Source of the DNA: a virus
Taxonomy: Duplodnaviria > Caudoviricetes
Reading direction: 5' to 3' (one strand)
Virus record (IMG/VR): IMGVR_UViG_3300046010_004318
Span: 1-37,670 of that record
DNA: 37,670 nucleotides
The position numbers and the translations under genes are program-made. Below are positions 6,345 through 14,634 of this stretch, in pieces; within the stretch, counting starts at the first letter, position 1, and every line of letters begins with the position of its first letter. The notes under the pieces are model-generated. The model was not told where the DNA came from. It was given only the letters and a program-made list of their open reading frames with translations, and did no database searches.

Positions 6345-6483
6345 GCCGGGCCTCTACGCCAACATTCACGCTAAGCGCGCGCGCATCAAAGCCGGGTCGG
6401 GCGAGAAGATGCGCAAGCCGGGCGCAGAGGGCGCACCGACCGCCAAGGCGTTCAAGCAGTCTGCTAAGACAAGGAAGAAGTAA
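6334..6483 (+). CDS. 49-aa basic protein (MASKPGLYANIHAKRARIKAGSGEKMRKPG...)
   Basis: Translated manually with a GTG start; GLYANIHAKR motif typical of small phage proteins; TAATG-coupled downstream. Confidence 0.75.
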   Translation: MASKPGLYANIHAKRARIKAGSGEKMRKPGAEGAPTAKAFKQSAKTRKK

Positions 6484-6620
6484 TGCCGCTAGTCAAGTCC
6501 ACATCCAAAAACGCCTTCCGTAAAAACATCAAAGCCGAAGTCGCCGCTGGTAAGCCGGTCAAGCAGGCCGTCGCCATCGCCTATTCGACGAAGCGCGCAG
6601 CCGCAAAGAAGAAAAAATAA
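6483..6620 (+). CDS. 45-aa basic protein (MPLVKSTSKNAFRKNIKAE...KQAVAIAYS...)
   Basis: Translated manually; TAATG coupling at both ends; KQAVAIA motif (DUF6496-like). Confidence 0.75.
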   Translation: MPLVKSTSKNAFRKNIKAEVAAGKPVKQAVAIAYSTKRAAAKKKK

Positions 6621-8737
6621 TGCAAGCTGATGATGTCGTAGCGGCTGGCAAGGTCAGCGATAACCCGGACGATGACCGTCTGGCCACCATGCGTCACCGC
6701 TTTACGGTGGCGATGGCAGCCTATTCGGACAGCCGCGAAGACGAGCTAGACGATCTGCGGTTCATGGCGGGCTCGCCGGACAACGCTTGGCAATGGCCGG
6801 CAGACGTGTTGGCGACACGCGGCGCGGTGCAGGGCCAGACGATCAACGCGCGCCCGTGCCTGACAATCAACAAGCTGCCGCAGCACGTGCGCCTCGTGAC
6901 CAACGAGCAACGCCAGAACCGCCCGACCGCCCGCGTCATCCCCGCCGACGAGAACGCGGATCCGGAGGTCGCGGAGATCTTCGACGGCATCGTGCGGCAT
7001 ATCGAGTATATGTCTGACGCCGACGTTGCCTATGACACGGCCTGCGACAACCAGGTCACATACGGCGAAGGCTATATCCGCATTCTGACGGAATACACGA
7101 AAGAAGACTCTTTCGAACAGGATCTTAAAATTGCTCGCGTCCGTAGCAGTTTCAGCGTCTATATGGACCCGATGATCCAAGACCCGTGCGGTCAGGACGC
7201 GAATTGGTGCTTTATTACGGAAGACATTCCGAAAGCTGAATATGAGCGCATGTACCCCGACGCCACGCCTGTCACAGGTATGATGAGTCAGGGTGTGGGC
7301 GACCAGACGCTCAGCATGTGGGTCAGTCAAGAGACTGTCCGCATCGCAGAGTATTTTTACGTCGACACTAAGCGCGCCAAGCTCAATCTCTACCCAGACA
7401 ATATTACGGCGTTCGATGGCACGCCGGAGGATCGTCGATTAAGAACCGCGTATGGCAAGCCGCTGCGCAGCCGCGAGAGCGACCGTCGTAAAGTCATGTG
7501 GATCAAAACCAACGGCTACGAGGTGCTGGAAGAACGCGAGTGGGCGGGTAAATACATCCCCGTCGTCCGCGTGATCGGCAACGAGTTCGAGGTCGACGGT
7601 CAGATCTACATTAGCGGTCTAGTGCGTAACGCTAAAGACGCGCAGCGCATGTATAACTACTGGGTCAGCCAAGAAGCGGAAATGCTGGCGCTGGCCCCCA
7701 AAGCGCCGTTCATCGGCTATGGCGGCCAGTTCGAAGGCTACGAAACCAACTGGAAGACGGCCAATACGAACAACTGGCCGTATCTGGAGGTCAATCCCGA
7801 TGTTACCGACGGAGCCGGAAACCCGCTACCGCTACCTGAACGCGCCCAGCCTCCGATGGCTCAAACGGGCCTTATTCAAGCCAAGATGGGGGCTGGCGAA
7901 GACATCAAGTCGACCACTGGCCAGTACGATAGTAGCATTGGGGCGACTTCCAACGAGCGGACGGGTCGTGCGATCCTCGCTCGGGAGCGGCAAGGCGACA
8001 CGAGTACTTATCATTATGTCGACAACCTCGCGCGCGCGGTAAAATACGTCGCGCGTCAGCTCGTCGATTTGATCCCGAAGATCTACGACACGCAGCGCGT
8101 GGCTCGCATCATCAACGTCGAGGGCGAAGTGGACATGGCGCGCATCAATCCGGCTCAACCGGAGGCGGTGCGCAAGATTGTCAACGAAGAGGGTATTGAG
8201 ATCGCCAAGATCTACAATCCGAACGTCGGCACTTACGACGTGCATGTGTCCTCTGGCCCCAGCTACATGACCCGTAAGCAGGAAGCTATGGACACGATGG
8301 GCCAGATCCTCCAGACGAATCCGGCGCTTTGGTCGGTTGCGGGCGATCTGTTCGTCAAAAACATGGACTGGCCAGGCTCTGAGACGATGGCCAAACGGTT
8401 TGAGAAAATGCTTGACCCAAAAGTGCTTCAGGACACCGACGAATCGCCGGAAGCGCAGGCCATGCGTATGCAGATGGAGCAAATGGCGCAGGAAATGGAG
8501 GCCACAACGGCCCAGATCCAGCAGCTTATGCAGTCCTATGAGATGCAGAAGCTGGCGATTGACGAGCAAAACGCGCAGATTAAGGCTTATGACGCCGAAA
8601 CCAAGCGTCTGTCGGCCATGCAGGCGGGCATGACGCCTGAACAGGTGCAGGACATTGTGCAAGGCACCATCGCGGCGGCGCTGGACATGGGCGACATCGT
8701 GCCGGGCAACACGCCAATGAGGGAAATGGGACAATGA
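6620..8737 (+). CDS. Portal protein, P22-like
   Basis: 705 aa; RPCLTINKL and KDAQRMYNY motifs; Q-rich C-terminal coiled-coil barrel; position after the terminase. Confidence 0.92.
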   Translation: MQADDVVAAGKVSDNPDDDRLATMRHRFTVAMAAYSDSREDELDDLRFMAGSPDNAWQWPADVLATRGAVQGQTINARPCLTINKLPQHVRLVTNEQRQNRPTARVIPADENADPEVAEIFDGIVRHIEYMSDADVAYDTACDNQVTYGEGYIRILTEYTKEDSFEQDLKIARVRSSFSVYMDPMIQDPCGQDANWCFITEDIPKAEYERMYPDATPVTGMMSQGVGDQTLSMWVSQETVRIAEYFYVDTKRAKLNLYPDNITAFDGTPEDRRLRTAYGKPLRSRESDRRKVMWIKTNGYEVLEEREWAGKYIPVVRVIGNEFEVDGQIYISGLVRNAKDAQRMYNYWVSQEAEMLALAPKAPFIGYGGQFEGYETNWKTANTNNWPYLEVNPDVTDGAGNPLPLPERAQPPMAQTGLIQAKMGAGEDIKSTTGQYDSSIGATSNERTGRAILARERQGDTSTYHYVDNLARAVKYVARQLVDLIPKIYDTQRVARIINVEGEVDMARINPAQPEAVRKIVNEEGIEIAKIYNPNVGTYDVHVSSGPSYMTRKQEAMDTMGQILQTNPALWSVAGDLFVKNMDWPGSETMAKRFEKMLDPKVLQDTDESPEAQAMRMQMEQMAQEMEATTAQIQQLMQSYEMQKLAIDEQNAQIKAYDAETKRLSAMQAGMTPEQVQDIVQGTIAAALDMGDIVPGNTPMREMGQ

Positions 8738-9090
8738 GCTGCGCGGATCTGATTGGACATTTGTTTTTAGCCCGCGATGTGACCCATTCGGTGCATTTGA
8801 ACACGCGCAGCTACGCCAAACACAAGGCTCTGGGCGGTTTTTATGAAAAAGTCATCGATTTGGCTGATGATTTGGCTGAAGCCTATCAAGGCCGATACGG
8901 TCTGATTGGACCGATCACGCTGCATTCTGCTAAAAAGACCAATAATGTCGTTGAATTTCTTGAAGATTCTCTGAAAGAGATCGAAGAGGCGCGTAAAGAG
9001 TATAAAGACGACTCCGCCATCCAGAACATCATCGACGGCATTGTAGACTTATATCTCTCAACGCTGTATAAATTGAAATTCCTAGCCTAA
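8734..9090 (+). CDS. Ferritin/Dps-like four-helix protein (DUF5856-like)
   Basis: HSVHL...HKAL..FYE...DDLAEAYQG...TLYKL pattern. Confidence 0.7.
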   Translation: MSCADLIGHLFLARDVTHSVHLNTRSYAKHKALGGFYEKVIDLADDLAEAYQGRYGLIGPITLHSAKKTNNVVEFLEDSLKEIEEARKEYKDDSAIQNIIDGIVDLYLSTLYKLKFLA

Positions 9091-9100
9091 AGAGGGCATT

Positions 9101-9376
9101 ATGGGTCTGAAATCTACTACTGTCTGCTTGGGCTATCAGCAGATCACGTCGCTTAGCTCCGCTGCCGGTCTGACCGTTCCGCAAGGAGCGACGCTGGCTC
9201 TGATCGTGCCGGAGACGCAGAATGTGCGTTGGCGCGATGATGGAACTGACCCTACGGCGAGCGTCGGCATGCCGATTTTCGTCGGCGCGTCTCTCAGCTA
9301 TGATGGCGACTTCAATAAGATCAAGTTTATTGAAGTGACGGCCAGCGCCAAACTGAATGTTAGCTATTACGCATGA
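9101..9376 (+). CDS. Small virion structural protein
   Basis: 91 aa, beta-rich, VRWRDDGTDPTA motif; GAGGG RBS. Confidence 0.7.
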   Translation: MGLKSTTVCLGYQQITSLSSAAGLTVPQGATLALIVPETQNVRWRDDGTDPTASVGMPIFVGASLSYDGDFNKIKFIEVTASAKLNVSYYA

Positions 9377-9585
9377 CGATCCGACTGCGTTGCATATTTG
9401 GTGATGAACTGCGGTTAAGACCGCAGTTGAAGATCTATCCTGCGTCATATGAGGGTGGATTAGGGCCGTTTATGCCTGCTATTGGCGAAGGTGGTTCGGG
9501 GCCGATCCCCTCGCAGACCATTTTTGACCGTTCCGATGTTCCGATTCTAGACCGCGCGGGCGTTGAAATAGAGACGAGGGCGTAA
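9373..9585 (+). CDS. Hypothetical protein
   Basis: 70 aa, translationally coupled on both sides. Confidence 0.6.
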   Translation: MTIRLRCIFGDELRLRPQLKIYPASYEGGLGPFMPAIGEGGSGPIPSQTIFDRSDVPILDRAGVEIETRA

Positions 9586-10685
9586 TGGCTTATATTTATA
9601 ATCTTACTGATTCTTGGACCGCTGTGGGCACGTCCTATAGCGGGATCAAAATGGCTGTTACGAATACAGCTTCAGCCGCGTCGTCAAAACTACTCGATTT
9701 GTCAGTATCCGGGGCGACTACAGGATCGTTTACTGTCGATAAAAGCGGCAATGCCGCTGTCTCTGGAACCATGTCATCTGGCGCTACGACCATTACGGCT
9801 GCGTCTGCAACCGCTCTTACAGTCGGCGCAAATGGCGCGACTAATCCAGTCTGGACCGTTAACTCAAGCACCGCCAGCGTCGCCACAGGTGTCTCCGTTA
9901 CTGGCGCTGCGGCTGCTGCCGGTGTCGCTCTCGCGGTTACGTCTAGCGGAACGAATGAAGCTCTTAAAATTGATGGTAAGGGCTCTGGTAATATTTCTCT
10001 TAATTCTGTCGGCACGGGCAACGTTGGCATCGGCGCAGCGCCTCTGGCCAGCACTAAATTCTACGTTTACAAAGCTGACGGTAACTTTGCTTTTGGCGTT
10101 GCTGGAACAACTAAAGGCATTCGATTTGCCACTACGTCAGTTAATGCGTCTATGGACGCGACTGACAATACACTAGCCGCAAGCTATCAGCCGTTTAAAA
10201 TTACCGCATCCGAACTTCAACTTGGTGCTATAACTAAACCGGATTCGGATAACGCCTATACATTAGGCGCGAGCGGCGCGCGTTGGTCTGCTGTTTGGGC
10301 TGTCAATGGCACTATTCAGACGTCTGACGTAAACGCAAAAACCGAAATTATCGACTCCCCTCTGGGGCTCGATTTCATCGAATCTCTGCGCCCTGTCGCG
10401 TATAAATTCAAAGTTGGCGGAAATATCATCGACCGTGACGCCGCCGATTCATCAAAAGTGACTATTACGGCTGTTCCAGGAAAGCGCCAGCATTTCGGTC
10501 TGATCGCGCAGGAAGTTAAAACAGCGCTTCCCGCTGGTGTGGACTTTGGCGGTTGGGTTCTGACTGATGCGGCGGACCCGGATAGCGAACAGGGTCTGCG
10601 GTACGAAGAATTTATTGCGCCGCTTATTAAGGCTGTTCAGGAACTGAAAGCTGAACTCGACGCAATTAAAGCCTCGCTCCCTTAA
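9585..10685 (+). CDS. Fibre protein with C-terminal peptidase S74 intramolecular chaperone
   Basis: A/G/S/T-rich body; TSDVNAK cleavage motif, GLIAQEV, YEEFIAPLIKAVQEL coiled coil. Confidence 0.85.
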   Translation: MAYIYNLTDSWTAVGTSYSGIKMAVTNTASAASSKLLDLSVSGATTGSFTVDKSGNAAVSGTMSSGATTITAASATALTVGANGATNPVWTVNSSTASVATGVSVTGAAAAAGVALAVTSSGTNEALKIDGKGSGNISLNSVGTGNVGIGAAPLASTKFYVYKADGNFAFGVAGTTKGIRFATTSVNASMDATDNTLAASYQPFKITASELQLGAITKPDSDNAYTLGASGARWSAVWAVNGTIQTSDVNAKTEIIDSPLGLDFIESLRPVAYKFKVGGNIIDRDAADSSKVTITAVPGKRQHFGLIAQEVKTALPAGVDFGGWVLTDAADPDSEQGLRYEEFIAPLIKAVQELKAELDAIKASLP

Positions 10686-10688
10686 TGG

Positions 10689-10718
10689 TAGACAAAACAT
10701 TTGTCTATGTAATATAAG
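10689..10718 (+). promoter_or_regulatory. Putative scaffold/capsid promoter overlapped by an inverted repeat
   Basis: TAGACAAA-ACA-TTTGTCTA palindrome (10689-10707); TAGACA-N18-TATAAG. Confidence 0.5.
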
Positions 10719-10760
10719 GAGTGAACCGACTAGCCGGATAGCTAGGTATAGGAGCATCGC

Positions 10761-11540
10761 GTGAGCGAAGACGAACAGGCTGTAGCGGAAATCAGCCCCG
10801 CGCCGGAACCGGAAGCTACGGCAGCACCGGAATCTGCTGATACGACGCCGGAGGAACAGCAGCCTACAAAATCGTTCTCTCAGGAAGAGTTGGACGCGAT
10901 TGTAAGCAAGCGCCTTGCAAGAGAACAGCGCAAATGGGAAAGAGAGCAGGCCCAACGGCTTGCGGAGCAGCAGGCTAGAACGCCCGCCGCACCTCCACCT
11001 GCGCCGGATGATTTCGAGAATGCTCAGCAATACGCGGAAGCGTTAGCGGAGCAAAAGGCTCGTGATCTTCTAGCCCAGCGCGAGGCCGCAGCTCAACAGG
11101 CAGCGATCTTGGAGTCCTATAAGGACCGTGAGGAAGAGGCTAGGGACCGATACGAGGACTTTGAACAAGTCGCGTATAACCCGAACCTTCCTGTCACGGA
11201 CGTTATGGCTCAAGCCATCCAGGCTTCTGATATTGGTCCAGAGGTAATTTATTACCTTGGCTCCAATCCAAAAGAAGCCGGGCGGATTTCCAAACTGCCG
11301 CCTGTCTTGCAGGCAAAAGAGATCGGGAAGATCGAGGTCAATTTGACCACGAACCCGCCGGTTAAGAAAACCTCAACCGCGCCCGCACCTCTTGCTCCTG
11401 TCACGGCTACCCGGTCAAACTCAGGCCCCCGGTATGATACGGCAGACCCACGGTCTATAAAGTCGATGTCAACCTCGGAATGGATTGAAGCGGAACGGCT
11501 GCGCCAGATCAAGAAGTGGGAAGCGCAAAACAGACGCTAA
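10761..11540 (+). CDS. Capsid scaffolding protein
   Basis: Acidic, helical, P/E-rich N-terminus; immediately upstream of the coat gene; AGGAG RBS and GTG start. Confidence 0.85.
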   Translation: MSEDEQAVAEISPAPEPEATAAPESADTTPEEQQPTKSFSQEELDAIVSKRLAREQRKWEREQAQRLAEQQARTPAAPPPAPDDFENAQQYAEALAEQKARDLLAQREAAAQQAAILESYKDREEEARDRYEDFEQVAYNPNLPVTDVMAQAIQASDIGPEVIYYLGSNPKEAGRISKLPPVLQAKEIGKIEVNLTTNPPVKKTSTAPAPLAPVTATRSNSGPRYDTADPRSIKSMSTSEWIEAERLRQIKKWEAQNRR

Positions 11541-11570
11541 GTCTTCTTAGCTTCTTGAAAGGACTACGAG

Positions 11571-12767
11571 ATGAGTAACTCGATTCTTACAATCGACATG
11601 ATTACCCGGAAAGCGTTGGAGATCTTAGAAAACAACCTTGTCCTGACGCGCACCGTTAACCGCCAGTATGACGACTCTTTCGCCGTTGAAGGCGCGAAGG
11701 TCGGCTCGACCCTGCGTATCCGCCTGCCCGACCGCGCTTTGGTCACGGACGGCGCTGCGCTTCAGGTTCAGGACGACAACGAGCAGTACACGACCCTGAC
11801 CGTCTCGTCGCAGAAGCACATCGGCGTGAACTTCACGACCGCCGAACTGACGATGCAGTTGGACGACTTCGCGGAACGTGTTCTGAAGCCGCGTATTTCG
11901 CAGCTCGCCGCCAGCATCGACGCTGACGTTGCGAACTCCTTCAAATACATCGGCAACTCGGTCGGCACGCCCGGCACGACCCCGGCCACCTCGCTCGTTC
12001 TGTTGCAGGCGCAGCAGAAGCTGAACGAGAACGCCGCTGTCATGTCGCCGCGCTATGCGACGGTTAACCCGGCTGCTAACGCTGCGCTGATCGAAGGCAT
12101 GAAGGGCCTGTTCAACCCGGTTTCGGCCATCAGCAAGCAGTTCAAGAACGGCATGTTCGGCGAAGGCATCCTCGGCTATGATGAGCTGAATATGTCGCAG
12201 TCGGTCAAGCAGTTCACGACCGGCTCGCGCGCCGGCACCGTGACGGTCAGCACCTCGGTCACGACCGAAGGTTCGACCAGCATCGTCCTGACGGGCCTTG
12301 GCTCGACGACGATCAAGGCCGGTGACGTGTTCACGATTGGCAGCGTTTACGCCGTCAACCCGCAGACCCGTGAGTCCACCGGCTCGCTGTATCAGTTCGT
12401 GGCTCTGGCTGACGTTACGGCGTCGACCACCGCGACGGTCACTGTTCCGGCGATGTATTCGGCTGGTCAGGCTCTCGCCACGGTTGACGCTCTGCCGGTT
12501 TCCGGCGCGGCTGTCACCTTCTACGGCTCTGCTTCGACGCAGTATCCGCAGAACCTGATCTATCATCGTGACGCCATCGCGTTCGCCACCGCCGACCTGC
12601 TTATGCCGCAGGGCGTCGACATGGCTTCGCGTCAGGTCCACAATGGTATCAGCCTGCGCGTCGTGCGTCAGTATGACATCAATAACGACCGCCTGCCGTG
12701 CCGTATTGACGTGCTGTATGGCTATTCGGTCATTCGTCCGCAGATGGCTGTCCGTCTGTGGGGCTAA
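11571..12767 (+). CDS. Major capsid protein, P22 coat-like
   Basis: 398 aa; MSNSILT..., GAKVGSTLRIRLP, RIDVLYG; strong codon bias; downstream terminator. Confidence 0.93.
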   Translation: MSNSILTIDMITRKALEILENNLVLTRTVNRQYDDSFAVEGAKVGSTLRIRLPDRALVTDGAALQVQDDNEQYTTLTVSSQKHIGVNFTTAELTMQLDDFAERVLKPRISQLAASIDADVANSFKYIGNSVGTPGTTPATSLVLLQAQQKLNENAAVMSPRYATVNPAANAALIEGMKGLFNPVSAISKQFKNGMFGEGILGYDELNMSQSVKQFTTGSRAGTVTVSTSVTTEGSTSIVLTGLGSTTIKAGDVFTIGSVYAVNPQTRESTGSLYQFVALADVTASTTATVTVPAMYSAGQALATVDALPVSGAAVTFYGSASTQYPQNLIYHRDAIAFATADLLMPQGVDMASRQVHNGISLRVVRQYDINNDRLPCRIDVLYGYSVIRPQMAVRLWG

Positions 12768-12771
12768 CATT

Positions 12772-12798
12772 AGAGGGGGCTTCGGCCCCTTCTTTTTC
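12772..12798 (+). terminator. Intrinsic terminator after the capsid gene
   Basis: GGGGC-TTCG-GCCCC followed by TTCTTTTT. Confidence 0.85.
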
Positions 12799-12817
12799 TA
12801 ATTCAAGGAGTTAATCC

Positions 12818-13291
12818 ATGACGACTACTGCGAATGCGGCTTACCCGCTTGAGACGTTTGGCCCCTACAGCGGCATCCCGAATGGCGATGGCGGCTACCA
12901 GTATTCGGCGGGCAACCGCACCGAACCGCTGGTTCTTCCGCAGGGCGCTCCGGCGGTTCTGACCGGCGCTACCGTTACGGTTACGGCTGCCAATCTGGCG
13001 GCTGGCATTGTGACGATGGATTCCGGTGGCACGGATGCTGGCACCTACACGTTCCCGACGGGCGCGCTGATTGACGCGGCTTTCCCAAGCGTTGCAGTCA
13101 ACGCGGCGTTTGATGTTGTGTTCATCAACATCGGTGACAACGCCGCTAATGACGTGACGTTCGGCGCGGGCACGGGCAACAGCATCGTCGGCAGCGCGGT
13201 TGTCATCGACGGCGCGACCACGCCATCCTCGGCTATCTTCCGTTTCCGCAAGACGGGCACGGCGGCTTATTCGATCTATCGCATCGCGTAA
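12818..13291 (+). CDS. Virion structural protein (possible capsid decoration)
   Basis: AAGGAG RBS; A/G/T-rich beta protein directly after the capsid gene. Confidence 0.7.
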   Translation: MTTTANAAYPLETFGPYSGIPNGDGGYQYSAGNRTEPLVLPQGAPAVLTGATVTVTAANLAAGIVTMDSGGTDAGTYTFPTGALIDAAFPSVAVNAAFDVVFINIGDNAANDVTFGAGTGNSIVGSAVVIDGATTPSSAIFRFRKTGTAAYSIYRIA

Positions 13292-13306
13292 CTATAGGAG
13301 AAGGCA

Positions 13307-13762
13307 ATGCCTAACACTAAAGCTGTCGGTGTTGCCTTCTCTGATCCCGAACTCGTTGCTGGCACGACCATCACGGGTGCGACGATCAGTGGAGGCACTA
13401 TCTCCGGCGCTACCTCTGTCTCGGCAGGCGATATTACCACGACTGGCGGCCTCTATCTGAAATCGGCTACTGTTGCGGCGGCGGGCTCTACGCAGGCCAA
13501 CGCAGCGGCTGTTTCGGATGGTTTTACGCTGGTTTCAGCGGCTGACGGCACTAAAGGTGTCCTTCTGCCGCCGGCTGTTGCAGGCCGCACGGTCATCCTA
13601 AAGAATAATGCTAACGCTGTTCTGAAGGTTTGGCCGGCGTCTGGCGATGCTGTAAATGCCATCGCAGCGGACTCGAATTACGTTCTTGCGGCTTATACGT
13701 CCTCGCTTCTGGTGGCGTATGACTCGACGACTTGGTATTCAGTCCCGCTTTTGGCGTCCTAA
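13307..13762 (+). CDS. Virion structural protein
   Basis: AGGAG RBS; MPNTKAVGVAFSDP N-terminus; GATIS-type short repeats. Confidence 0.7.
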   Translation: MPNTKAVGVAFSDPELVAGTTITGATISGGTISGATSVSAGDITTTGGLYLKSATVAAAGSTQANAAAVSDGFTLVSAADGTKGVLLPPAVAGRTVILKNNANAVLKVWPASGDAVNAIAADSNYVLAAYTSSLLVAYDSTTWYSVPLLAS

Positions 13763-13772
13763 TTCAATCTTA

Positions 13773-13794
13773 CAGACGGGCTACGGCCCGTCTG
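13773..13794 (+). other. Stable intergenic RNA hairpin without a U-tract
   Basis: CAGACGGGC-TACG-GCCCGTCTG, 9-bp stem with a cUNCGg tetraloop. Confidence 0.6.
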
Positions 13795-13814
13795 GCCCTT
13801 ACCATAGGTGAAAA

Positions 13815-14117
13815 ATGGCCCTTATTTATTTGCGCCATGAGCGTCATGGCGTTAAGATTGCCACGCTAGAAATGGAAGCCGAAGCCGACGAAGAGAACGG
13901 CTGGGAAAGGTTCGATCCGAATGACGACGACAGCGGGCGATCAGATCAACGGAGCCCTGAGACTACTGGGCGTCCTCGCAGAAGGCGAAACGCCCTCGGC
14001 CGCGATGTCGCAAGACTCGTTGAGCGCTCTGAATCAAATGATCGACTCGTGGAACACGGAACGTCTAGCGGTCTTTTCGACGCAAGATCAAACCTTTCTA
14101 TGGACTCCCGGTCTTAG
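13815..14117 (+). CDS. Hypothetical protein overlapping the adaptor gene
   Basis: AGGTG RBS; only the first about 35 codons are free of overlap. Confidence 0.55.
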   Translation: MALIYLRHERHGVKIATLEMEAEADEENGWERFDPNDDDSGRSDQRSPETTGRPRRRRNALGRDVARLVERSESNDRLVEHGTSSGLFDARSNLSMDSRS

Positions 14118-14634
14118 AAGCCAGACCCTTGGCCCGACCGGCGATTTCGTCGGCAACCGCCCGGTTTTGCTAGACGACGCGACTTACTTCCGCGATCCGC
14201 AGACCAATGTGTCCTACGGGATCAAATTCATCAATCAGCAGCAGTATGATGGCATCGCCGTCAAAACTGTGACCTCGACATATCCGCAGGTCATATTCGT
14301 GAATATGACTTTCCCTGACATTGAAATGTTCATCTATCCGGTGCCGTTGCGGCTGCTGGAATGGCATTTCATTTCGGTCGAGGAGCTGACGCAGCCGGCT
14401 ACTCTGGCTACGTCATTGACGTTCCCGCCCGGCTATCTTCGCGCATTTCGCTATAATCTAGCCTGTGAAATGGCTCCTGAGTTCGGCGTCGAGCCGTCAG
14501 CGCAGGTGCAGCGCATCGCCATGTATAGCAAGCGCAATCTGAAGCGCATCAATAACCCTGATGACATCATGGCGCTGCCTTACAGCATCGTGGGCACCCG
14601 CCAGCGCTATAATATTTACGCCGGGAACTACTAA
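13921..14634 (+). CDS. Head-to-tail adaptor (P22 gp4-like)
   Basis: TAGDQINGALRLLGVLAEGETPS..LNQMIDSW and YNLACEMAPEFG motifs; synteny. Confidence 0.8.
   Translation: MTTTAGDQINGALRLLGVLAEGETPSAAMSQDSLSALNQMIDSWNTERLAVFSTQDQTFLWTPGLRSQTLGPTGDFVGNRPVLLDDATYFRDPQTNVSYGIKFINQQQYDGIAVKTVTSTYPQVIFVNMTFPDIEMFIYPVPLRLLEWHFISVEELTQPATLATSLTFPPGYLRAFRYNLACEMAPEFGVEPSAQVQRIAMYSKRNLKRINNPDDIMALPYSIVGTRQRYNIYAGNY

Noticed and set aside
7832-8734. 300-aa antisense ORF in the portal gene (also 6746-7330, 29292-29948, 34077-34652)
   Set aside because: Same shadow-ORF effect opposite well-supported genes
11625-12770. 381-aa antisense ORF spanning the capsid gene
   Set aside because: Mirror-frame ORF expected from the strong codon bias of a highly expressed GC-rich gene; no RBS or recognisable motifs
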